Shown: positions 1-14,029 of the stretch, one piece after another
Position numbering within the stretch: the stretch's first letter is position 1
How the letters are laid out: each line of letters opens with the position of its first letter
Origin: the human T2T-CHM13v2.0 reference genome, Homo sapiens
Assembly: GCF_009914755.1 (NCBI RefSeq)
Contig: NC_060937.1
Reading direction: 5' to 3' (one strand)
Length of the DNA: 64,000 nucleotides
The notes under the pieces: model-generated
Told to the model about the DNA's origin: nothing
What the model saw: only the letters and a program-made list of their open reading frames with translations
Database searches by the model: none
Position numbers and translations under genes: made by a program

Positions 1-3000
1 GAAAGTACATCAAATATATATTTTATTCTGTACATAAAATATCAAAGTACACCAGATATATATTCTATAGTGTACATAAAATATCAAAGTACCCAAACTA
101 TACATTATATACTGTACATAAAATATGAAATTACATCAAATATATATTATATTAGGTACATAAAATATGAAAGTACATCAAATATAGATTATATACTGTA
201 TAATAAAAATACCAAAGTACCCCAAATATATATTTTATACTGTACATGAAATATCAAAGTTCACAAACTATATATTATATACTGCACATAAAATATCAAA
301 GTACCCAAAGTATATATTCTATACTGTACAAAAAATATCAAAGTACCCAAAGCATGTATTATATACTGTACATAAAATATGAAAGTACAACAAATATATA
401 TTTTATTCCATACATAAAATATCAAAGTACACCAGATATATGTTCTATAGCGTACATAAAATATCAAAGTACACAAACTATACATTATATACTGTACATA
501 AAATATGAAATTACATCAAATATATATTATATTAGGTACATAAAATATGAAAGTACATCAAATAGAGATTATATACTGTACATTAAATACGAAAGTACCC
601 CAAATATATATTATATACTCTACATGAAATATCAAAGTTCACAAACTATATATTATATACTGTACATAAAATATCAAAGTACCCAAGGTATATATTCTAT
701 ACTGTACAAAAATTATCAAAGTACACAAAGCATGTATTATATACTGTATATAAAATATAAAAGTATATTAAATATATATTTTATTCTGTACATAAAATAT
801 CAAAGTACACCAGATATATATACTATAGTGTACATAAAATAACAAAGTACACAAACTTTAAATTATATACTGTACATAAAATATGAAATTACATCAAATA
901 TATATTAGGTACATAAAATATGAAAGTACATCAAATATAGATTATATACTGTACATATAATATCAAAGTACCCCAAATATATATTATATACTGTATATGA
1001 AATATCAAAGTTCACAAACTATATATTATATACTGTATATAAAATATCAAAGTACCCAAGGTATATATTCTATACTGTACAAAAAATATCAAAGTACCCA
1101 AAGCATGTATTATATACTGTACATAAAATATGAAAGTACATCAAATATATATTTTATTCTGTACATAAAATATCAAAGTACACCAGATATATATTCTATA
1201 GTGTACATAAAATATCAAAGTACCCAAACTATACATTATATACTGTACATAAAATATGAAATTACATCAAATATATATTATATTAAGTACATAAAATATG
1301 AAAGTACATCAAATATAGATTATATACTGTACATTAAATACCAAAGTACCCCAAATATACATTTTATACTGTACATGAAATATCAAAGTTCACAAACTAT
1401 ATATTTTATACTGTACATAAATTATCAAAGTACCCAAGGTATATATTCTATACTGTACAAAAAATAACAAAGTACCAAAAGCATGTATTATATACTGTAC
1501 CTAAAATATGAAAGTACATCAAATATATATTTTATTCTGCACATAAAATATCAAAGTACACCAGATATATATTCTATAGTGTACATAAAATATCAAAGTA
1601 CCCAAACTATACATTATATACTGTACATAAAATATGAAATTACATCAAATATATATTATATTAGGTACATAAAATATGAAAGTACATCAAATATAGATTA
1701 TATACTCTACATAAAATATCAAAGTACCCCAAATATATATTATATACTCTACAGGAAATATCAAAGTTCACACACTATATATTATATACTGTACATAAAA
1801 TATCAAAGTACCCAAGGTATATATTCTATACTGTACAAAAAATATCAAAGTACCCAAAGCATGTATTATATACTGTATATAAAATATGAAAGTACATCAA
1901 ATATATATTTTATTCTGTACATAAAATATCAAAGTACACCAGACATATATTCTATAGTGTACATAAAATAACAAAGTACAAAAACTATAAATTATATACT
2001 GTACATAAAATATGAAATTACATCAAATACATATTAGGTACATAAAATATGAAAGTACATCAAATATAGATTATATACTGTACATAAAATATCAATGTAC
2101 CCAAATATATATTTTATACTCTACATGAAATATCAAAGTTCACAAACCATATATTATATACTGTACATAAAATATCAAAGTACCCAAGGTATATATTCTA
2201 TACTGTACAAAAAATATCAAAGTACCCAAAGCATGTATTATATACTGTACATAAAATATGAAAGTTCATCAAATATATATTTTATTCTGTACATAAAATA
2301 TCAAAGTACACCAGATATATATTCTATAGTGTACATAAAATATCAAAGTACCAAAACTATACATTATATACTGTACATAAAATATGAAATTACATCAAAT
2401 ATATATTAGGTACATAAAATATGAAAGTACATCAAATATAGATTATATACTGTACATAAAATATCAAAGTACCCCAAATATATATTATATACTGTACATG
2501 AAATATCAAAGTACACAAACTATATATTATATACTGTACATAAAATATCAAAGTACCCAAGGTATATATTCTATACTGTACAAAAGATATCAAAGTACCC
2601 AAAGCATGTATTATATACTGTACATAAAATATGAAATTACATCAAATATATATTTTATTCTGTACATAAAATATCAAAGTACACCAGATATATATTCTAT
2701 AGTGTACATAAAATATCAAAGTACCCAAACTATTTATTATATACTGTACATAAAATATGAAATTACATCAAATATATATTATATTAGGTACATAAAATAT
2801 GAAAGTACATCAAATATAGATTATATGCTGTACATTAAATACCAAAGTACCCCAAATATATATTTTATACTGTATATGAAATATCAAAGTTCACAAACTA
2901 TATATTATATACTGTACATAAAATATCAAAGTACCCAAGGTATATATTCTATACTGTACAAAAAATATCAAAGTACCCAAAGCACGTATTATATACTGTA

Positions 3001-6000
3001 CATAAAATATGAAAGTACATCAAATACATATTTTATTCTGTACATAAAATATCAAAGTACACCAGATATATATTCTATAGTGTACATAAAATACCAAAGT
3101 ACCCAAACTATACATTATATACTGTACATAAAATATGAAATTACATCAAATATATATTATATTAGGTACATAAAATATGAAAGTACATCAAATATAGATT
3201 ATATACTGTACATTAAATACCAAAGTACCCCAAATATATATTTTATACTGTACATGAAATATCAAAGTTCACAAACTATATATTATATACTGTACATAAA
3301 ATATCAAAGTACCCAAGGTATATATTCTACACTGTACAAAAAATATCAAAGTACCCAAAGCATGTATTATAAACTGTACATAAAATATGAAAGTACATCA
3401 AATATATATTTTATTCTGTACATAAAATATCAAAGTACACCAGATATATATTCTATAGTGTACATAAAATACCAAAGTACCCAAACTATACATTATATAC
3501 TGTACATAAAATATGAAATTACATCAAATATATATTATATTAGGTACGTAAAATATGAAATTACATCAAATATAGATTATATACTGTACGTAAAATATCA
3601 AAGTACCCCAAATATATATTATATACTCTACATGAAATATCAAAGTTCACAAACTATATATTATATACTGTACATAAAATATCAAAGTACCCAAGGTATA
3701 TATTCTATACTGCACAAAAAATATCAAAGTACCCAAAGCATGTATTATATACTGTATATAAAATATGAAAGTACATCAAATATATATTTTATTCTCTACA
3801 TAAAATATCAAAGTACACCAGATATATATTCTATAGTGTACATAAAATAACAAAGTACACAAACTATAAATTATATACTGTACATAAAATACGAAATTAC
3901 ATCAAATATATATTAGGTACATAAAATATGAAAGTACATCAAATATAGATTATAAACTGTACATAAAATATCAATGAACCCCAAATATATATTTTATACT
4001 CTACATGAAATATCAAAGTTCACAAACCATATATTATATACTGTACATAAAATATCAAAATACACAAGGTGTATATTCTATACTGTACAAAAAATATCAA
4101 AGTACCCAAAGCATGTATTATATACTGTACATAAAATATGAAAGTACATCAAATATATATTTTATTCTGTACATAAAATATCAAAGTACACCAGATATAT
4201 ATTCTATAGTGTACATAAAATATCAAAGTACCCAAACTATACATTATATACTGTACATAAAATATGAAATTACATCAAATATATATTATATTAAGTACAT
4301 AAAATATGAAAGTACATCAAATATAGATTATATACTGTACATTAAATACCAAAGTACCCCAAATATATATTTTATACTGTACATGAAATATCAAAGTTCA
4401 CAAACTATATATTATATACTGTACATAAATTATCAAAGTACCCAAGATATATATTCTGTACTGTACAAAAAATAACAAAGTACCAAAAGCATGTATTATA
4501 TACTGTACCTAAAATATGAAAGTACATCAAATATATATTTTATTCTGTACATAAAATATCAAAGTACACCAGATATATATTCTATAGTGTACATAAAATA
4601 TCAAAGTAACCAAACTATACATTATATACTGTACATAAAATATGAAATTACATCAAATATATATTATATTAGGTACATAAAATATGAAAGTACATCAAAT
4701 ATAGATTATATACTCTACATAAAATATCAAAGTACCCCAAATATATATTATATACTCTACAGGAAATATCAAAGTTCACACACTATATATTTTATACTGT
4801 ACATAAAATATCAAAGTACCCAAGGTATATATTCTATACTGTACAAAAAATATCAAAGTACCCAAAGCACGTATTATATACTGTACATAAAATATGAAAG
4901 TACATCAAATATATATTTTATTCTGTACATAAAATATCAAAGTACACCAGATATATATTCTATAGTGTACATAAAATATCAAAGTACCCAAACTATACAT
5001 TATATACTGTACATAAAATATGAGATTACATCAAATTTATATTAGGTACATAAAATATGAAAGTACATCAAATATAGGTTATATACTGTACATAAAATAT
5101 CAAAGTACCCCAAATATATATTATATACTCTACATGAAATATCGAAGTTCACAAACTATATATTATATACTGTACATAAAATATCAAAGTACCCAAGGTA
5201 TATATTCTATACTGTACAAAAAATATCAAAGTACGCAAAGCATGTATTATATACTGTATATAAAATATGAAAGTACATTAAATATATATTTTATTCTGTA
5301 CATAAAATATCAAAGTACACCAGATATATATTCTATAGTGTACATAAAATAACAAAGTACACAAACTATAAATTATATACTGTACATAAAATATGAAATT
5401 ACATCAAATATATATTAGGTACATAAAAGATGAAAGTACATCAAATATATATTATATACTGTACATATAATATCAATGTACCCCAAATATATATTTTATA
5501 CTCTACATGAAATATCAAAGTTCACAACCATACATTATATACTGTACATAAAATATCAAAGTACCCAAGGTATATATTCTATACTGTACAAAAAATATCA
5601 AAGTACCCAAAGCATGTATTATATACTGTACATAAAATATGAAAGTACATCAAATATATATTTTATTCTGTACATATAATATCAAAGTACACCAGATATG
5701 TATTCTATAGTGTACATAAAATATCAAAGTACCCAAACTATACATTATATACTGTACATAAAATACGAAATTACATCAAATATATATTAGGTACATAAGA
5801 TATGAAAGTACATCAAATATAGATTATATACTGTACATAAAATATCAAAGTTCCCCAAATATATATTATATACTGTATATGAAATATCAAAGTTCACAAA
5901 CTATATATTATATACTGTACATAAAATATCAAAGTAACCAAGGTATATATTCTATACTGTACAAAAAATATCAAAGTACCCAAAGCATGTATTATATACT

Positions 6001-6285
6001 GTACATAAAATATGAAAGTACATCAAATATATATTTTATTCTATACATAAAATATCAAAGTACACCAGATATATATTCTATAGTGTACATAAAATATCAA
6101 AGTACCCAATCTATACATTATATACTGTACATAACATATGAAATTACATCAAATATATATTATATTAGGTACATAAAGTATGAAAGTACATCAAATATAG
6201 GTTATATACTGTACATTAAATACCAAAGTACCCCAAATATATATTTTATACTGTACATGAAATATCAAAGTTCACAAACTATATA

Positions 6286-9200
6286 TTATATACTGTACAT
6301 ATAATACCAAAGTACCCAAGGTATATATTCTATACTGTACAAAAAATAACAAAGTACCAAAAGCATGTATTATATACTGTACCTAAAATATGAAAGTACA
6401 TCAAATATATATTTTATTCTGTACATAAAATATCAAAGTACACCAGATATATATTCTATAGTGTACATAAAATATCAAAGTACCCAAACTATACATTATA
6501 TACTGTACATAAAATATGAAATTACATCAAATATATATTATATTAGGTACATAAAATATGAAAGTACATCAAATATAGATTATATACTCTACATAAAATA
6601 TCAAAGTACCCCAAATATATATTAAATACTCTAAAGGAAATATCAAAGTTCACACACTATATATTATATACTGTACATAAAATATCAAAGTACCCAAGGT
6701 ATATATTCTATACTGTACAAAAAATATCAAAGTACCCAAAGCATGTATTATATACTGTATATAAAATATGAAAGTACATCAAATATATATTTTATACTGT
6801 ACATAAAATATCAAAGTACACCAGATATATATTCTATAGTGTTCATAAAATATCAAAGTACCCAAACTATACATTATATACTGTACATAAAATATGAAAT
6901 TACATCAAATATATATTAGGTACATAAAATATGAAAGTACATCAAATATAGATTATATACTGTACATAAAATATCAAAGTACCCCAAATATATATTATAT
7001 ACTGTATATGAAATATCAAAGTTCACAAACTTTATATTATATACTGTACATAAAATATCAAAGTACCCAAGGTATATATTCTATACTGTACAAAAAATAT
7101 GAAAGTACCCAATGCATGTATTATATACTGTACATAAAATATGAAAGTACATCAAATATATATTTTATTCTGTACATAAAATATCAAAGTACACCAGATA
7201 TATATTCTATAGTGTACATAAAATATAAAACTACCCAAACTATACATTATATACTGTACATAATATATGAAATTACATCAAATATATATTATATTAGGTA
7301 CATAAAATATGAAAGTACATCAAATATAGATTATATACTGTACATTAAATACCAAAGTACCCCAAATATATATTTTATACTGTACATGAAATATCAAAGT
7401 TCACAAACTATATATTATATACTGTACATAAAATATCAAAGTACCCAAGGTATATATTCTATACTGCACAAAAAATATCAAAGTACCCAAAGCATGTATT
7501 ATATACTGTATATAAAATATGAAAGTACATCAAATATATATTTTATTCTGTACATAAAATATCAAAGTACACCAGATATATATTCTATAGTGTACATAAA
7601 ATAACAAAGTACACAAACTATAAATTATATACTGTACATAAAATATGAAATTACATCAAATATATATTAGGTACATAAAATATGAAAGTACATCAAATAT
7701 AGATTACATACTGTACATAAAATATCAATGTACCCCAAATATATATTTTATACTCTACATGAAATATCAAAGTTCACAAACCATATATTATATACTGTAC
7801 ATAAAATATCAAAGTACACAAGGTATATATTCTATACTGTACAAAAAATATCAAAGTACCCAAAGCATGTATTATATACTGTACATAAAATATGAAAGTA
7901 CATCAAATATATATTTTATTCTGTACATATAATATCAAAGTACACCAGATATATATTCTATAGTGTACAGAAAATATCAAAGTACCCAAACTATACATTA
8001 TATACTGTACATAAAATATGAAATTACATCAAATATATATTATATTAGGTACATAAAATATGAAAGTACATCAAATATAGATTATATACTGTACATAAAA
8101 TATCAAAGTACCCCAAATATATATTATATACTGTATATGAAATATCAAAGTTCACAAACTATATATGATATACTGTACATAAAATATCAAAGTACCCAAG
8201 GTATATATTCTATACTGTACAAAAAATATCAAAGTACCCAAAGCATGTATTATATACTGTACATAAAATATGAAAGTACATCAAATATATATTTTATTCT
8301 GTACATAAAATATCAAAGTACACCAGATATATATTCTATAGTGTACATAAAATATCAAAGTAACCAAACTATACATTATATACTGTACATAAAATATGAA
8401 ATTACATCCAATATATTTTATATTAGGTACATAAAATATGAAAGTACATCAAATATATATTTTATTCTGTACATAAAATATCAAAGTACACCAGATATAT
8501 ATTCTATAGTGTGCATAAAATATCAAAGTACCCAAACTATACATTATATACTGTAAATATAATATGAAATTACATCAAATATATTTTATATTAGGTACAA
8601 AAAATATGAAAGTACATCAAATATAGATTATATACTGTACATTAAATACCAAAGTACCCCAAATATATATTTTATACTGTACATGAAATATCAAATTTCA
8701 CAAACTATATGTTATATACTGTACATATAATACCAAAGTACCCAAGGTATATATTCTATACTGTACAAAAAATAACAAAGTACCAAAAGCATGTATTATA
8801 TACTGTACCTAAAATATGAAAGTACATCAAATATATATTTTATTCTGTACATAAACTATCAAAGTACACCAGATATATATTCTATAGTGTACATAAAATA
8901 TCAAAGTACCCAAACTATACATTATATACTGTACATAAAATATGAAATTACATCAAATATATATTATATTAGGTACATAAAATATGAAAGTACATCAAAT
9001 ATAGATTATATACTCTACATAAAATATCAAAGTACCCCAAATATATATTATATACTCTAAAGGAAATATCAAAGTTCACACACTATATATTATATACTGT
9101 ACATAAAATATCAAAGTACCCAAGGTATATATTCTATACTGTACAAAAAATATCAAAGTACCCAAAGCATGTATTATATACTGTATATAAAATATGAAAG

Positions 9201-12200
9201 TACATCAAATATATATTTTATACTGTACATAAAATATCAAAGTACACCAGATATATATTCTATAGTGTTCATAAAATATCAAAGTACCCAAACTATACAT
9301 TATATACTGTACATAAAATATGAAATTACATCAAATATATATTAGGTACATAAAATATGAAAGTACATCAAATATAGATTATATACTGTACATAAAATAT
9401 CAAAGTACCCCAAATATATATTATATACTGTATATGAAATATCAAAGTTCACAAACTTTATATTATATACTGTACATAAAATATCAAAGTACCCAAGGTA
9501 TATATTCTATACTGTACAAAAAATATGAAAGTACCCAATGCATGTATTATATACTGTACATAAAATATGAAAGTACATCAAATATATATTTTATTCTGTA
9601 CATAAAATATCAAAGTACACCAGATATATATTCTATAGTGTACATAAAATATAAAAGTACCCAAACTATACATTATATACTGTACATAATATATGAAATT
9701 ACATCAAATATATATTATATTAGGTACATAAAATATGAAAGTACATCAAATATAGATTATATACTGTACATTAAATACCAAAGTACCCCAAATATATATT
9801 TTATACTGTACATGAAATATCAAAGTTCACAAACTATATATTATATACTGTACATAAAATATCAAAGTACCCAAGGTATATATTCTATACTGCACAAAAA
9901 ATATCAAAGTACCCAAAGCATGTATTATATACTGTATATAAAATATGAAAGTACATCAAATATATATTTTATTCTGTACATAAAATATCAAAGTACACCA
10001 GATATATATTCTATAGTGTACATAAAATAACAAAGTACACAAACTATAAATTATATACTGTACATAAAATATGAAATTACATCAAATATATATTAGGTAC
10101 ATAAAATATGAAAGTACATCAAATATAGATTATATACTGTACATAAAATATCAATGTACCCCAAATATATATTTTATACTCTACATGAAATATCAAAGTT
10201 CACAAACCATATATTATATACTGTACATAAAATATCAAAGTACACAAGGTATATATTCTATACTGTACAAAAAATATCAAAGTACCCAAAGCATGTATTA
10301 TATACTGTACATAAAATATGAAAGTACATCAAATATATATTTTATTCTGTACATATAATATCAAAGTACACCAGATATATATTCTATAGTGTACATAAAA
10401 TATCAAAGTACCCAAACTATACATTATATACTGTACATAAAATATGAAATTACATCAAATATATATTATATTAGGTACATAAAATATGAAAGTACATCAA
10501 ATATAGATTATATACTGTACATAAAATATCAAAGTACCCCAAATATATATTATATACTGTATATGAAATATCAAAGTTCACAAACTATATATGATATACT
10601 GTACATAAAATATCAAAGTACCCAAGGTATATATTCTATACTGTACAAAAAATATCAAAGTACCCAAAGCATGTATTATATACTGTACATAAAATATGAA
10701 AGTACATCAAATATATATTTTATTCTGTACATAAAATATCAAAGTACACCAGATATATATTCTATAGTGTACATAAAATATCAAAGTAACCAAACTATAC
10801 ATTATATACTGTACATAAAATATGAAATTACATCCAATATATTTTATATTAGGTACATAAAATATGAAAGTACATCAAATATATATTTTATTCTGTACAT
10901 AAAATATCAAAGTACACCAGATATATATTCTATAGTGTGCATAAAATATCAAAGTACCCAAACTATACATTATATACTGTAAATATAATATGAAATTACA
11001 TCAAATATATTTTATATTAGGTACATAAAATATGAAAGTACATCAAATATAGATTATATACTGTACATTAAATACCAAAGTACCCCAAATATATATTTTA
11101 TACTGTACATGAAATATCAAATTTCACAAACTATATGTTATATACTGTACATATAATACCAAAGTACCCAAGGTATATATTCTATACTGTACAAAAAATA
11201 ACAAAGTACCAAAAGCATGTATTATATACTGTACCTAAAATATGAAAGTACATCAAATATATATTTTATTCTGTACATAAAATATCAAAGTACACCAGAT
11301 ATATATTCTATAGTGTACATAAAATATCAAAGTACCCAAACTATACATTATATACTGTACATAAAATATGAAATTACATCAAATATATATTATATTAGGT
11401 ACATAAAATATGAAAGTACATCAAATATAGATTATATACTGTACATAAAATATCAATGTACCCCAAATATATATTATATACTCTAAAGGAAATATCAAAG
11501 TTCACACACTATATATTATATACTGTACATAAAATATCAAAGTACCCAAGGTATATATTCTATACTGTACAAAAAATATCAAAGTACCCAAAGCATGTAT
11601 TATATACTGTATATAAAATATGAAAGTACATCAAATATATATTTTATACTGTACATAAAATATCAAAGTACACCAGATATATATTCTATAGTGTTCATAA
11701 AATATCAAAGTACCCAAACTATACATTATATACTGTACATAAAATATGAAATTACATCAAATATATATTAGGTACATAAAATATGAAAGTACATCAAATA
11801 TAGATTATATACTGTACATAAAATATCAAAGTACCCCAAATATATATTATATACTGTATATGAAATATCAAAGTTCACAAACTTTATATTATATACTGTA
11901 CATAAAATATCAAAGTACCCAAGGTATATATTCTATACTGTACAAAAAATATGAAAGTACCCAATGCATGTATTATATACTGTACATAAAATATGAAAGT
12001 ACATCAAATATATATTTTATTCTGTACATAAAATATCAAAGTACACCAGATATATATTCTATAGTGTACATAAAATATAAAAGTACCCAAACTATACATT
12101 ATATACTGTACATAATATATGAAATTACATCAAATATATATTATATTAGGTACATAAAATATGAAAGTACATCAAATATAGATTATATACTGTACATTAA

Positions 12201-13400
12201 ATACCAAAGTACCCCAAATATATATTTTATACTGTACATGAAATATCAAAGTTCACAAACTATATATTATATACTGTACATAAAATATCAAAGTACCCAA
12301 GGTATATATTCTATACTTCACAAAAAATATCAAAGTACCCAAAGCATGTATTATATACTGTATATAAAATATGAAAGTACATCAAATATATATTTTATTC
12401 TGTACATAAAATATCAAAGTACACCAGATATATATTCTGTAGTGTACATAAAATAACAAAGTACACAAACTATAAATTATATACTGTACATAAAATATGA
12501 AATTACATCAAATATATATTAGGTACATAAAATATGAAAGTACATCAAATATAGATTATATACTGTACATAAAATATCAATGTACCCCAAATATATATTT
12601 TATACTCTACATGAAATATCAAAGTTCACAAACCATATATTATATACTGTACATAAAATATCAAAGTACACAAGGTATATATTCTATACTGTACAAAAAA
12701 TATCAAAGTACCCAAAGCATGTATTATATACTGTACTTAAAATATGAAAGTACATCAAATATATATTTTATTCTGTACATATAATATCAAAGTACACCAG
12801 ATATATATTCTATAGTGTACATAAAATATCAAAGTACCCAAACTATACATTATATACTGTACATAAAATATGAAATTACATCAAATATATATTATATTAG
12901 GTACATAAAATATGAAAGTACATCAAATATAGATTATATACTGTACATAAAATATCAAAGTACCCCAAATATATATTATATACTGTATACGAAATATCAA
13001 AGTTCACAAACTATATATTATATACTGTACATAAAATATCAAAGTACCCAAGGTATATATTCTATACTGTACAAAAAATATCAAAGTACCCAAAGCATGT
13101 ATTATATACTGTACATAAAATATGAAAGTACATCAAATATATATTTTATTCTGTACATAAAATATCAAAGTACACCAGATATATATTCTATAGTGTACAT
13201 AAAATATCAAACTAACCAAACTATACATTATATACTGTACATAAAATATGAAATTACATCAAATATATTTTATATTAGGTACATAAAATATGAAAGTACA
13301 TCAAATATATATTTTATTCTGTACATAAAATATCAAAGTACACCAGATATATATTCTATAGTGTACATAAAATATCAAAGTACCCAAACTATACATTATA
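6286..13400 (+). repeat. About 2.9 tandem copies of a 2,426-bp unit (58 monomers minus two 5-bp deletions)
   Basis: The marker CTCTAAAGGAAATATC is at 6629, 9055 and 11481. ORFs start at 6365/8791/11217, 6894/9320/11746 and 7645/10071/12497, all 2,426 apart. 6 x 378 + 168 - 10 = 2,426. Boundaries are approximate. Confidence 0.9.
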
Positions 13401-14029
13401 TACTGTACTTAAAATATGAAATTACATCAAATATATATTAGGTACATAAAATATGAAAGTACATCAAATATAGATTATATACTGTACATATAATATCAAT
13501 GTACCCCAAATATATATTTTATACTCTACATGAAATATCAAAGTTCACAACCATACATTATATACTGTACATAAAATATCAAAGTACCCAAGGTATATAT
13601 TCTATACTGTACAAAAAATATCAAAGTACCCAAAGCATGTATTATATACTGTACATAAAATATGAAAGTACATCAAATATATATTTTATTCTGTACATAT
13701 AATATCAAAGTACACCAGATATGTATTCTATAGTGTACATAAAATATCAAAGTACCCAAACTATACATTATATACTGTACATAAAATACGAAACTACATC
13801 AAATATATATTAGGTACATAAAATATGAAAGAAGATCAAATATAGATTATATACTGTACATAAAATATCAAAGTACCCCAAATATATATTATACACTGTA
13901 TATGAAATATCAAAGTTCACAAACTATATATTATATACTGTACATAAAATATCAAAGTACCCAAGGTATATATTCTATACTGTACAAAAAATATCAAAGT
14001 ACCCAAAGCATGTATTATATACTGTACAT

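Noticed and set aside
2384-3850. Long ORFs (488 aa at 2384 and 20114; 393 aa at 54169 and 61643) encoding 14-aa Tyr/Ile/Lys-rich repeats
   Set aside because: The 42-bp monomer is a multiple of 3 and one + frame of the consensus lacks stops. ORFs start and end wherever common variants create TAA/TGA or frameshifts (5-bp, 4-bp, 1-bp deletions). There is no sign of frame conservation, no unique domain and no gene context.
6286-13400. The 2,426-bp period is close to the ~2.4-kb HSat1B/DYZ2 unit
   Set aside because: The length is a coincidence. The unit is fully explained by 58 HSat1A monomers minus 10 bp and lacks the Alu fragment characteristic of HSat1B.
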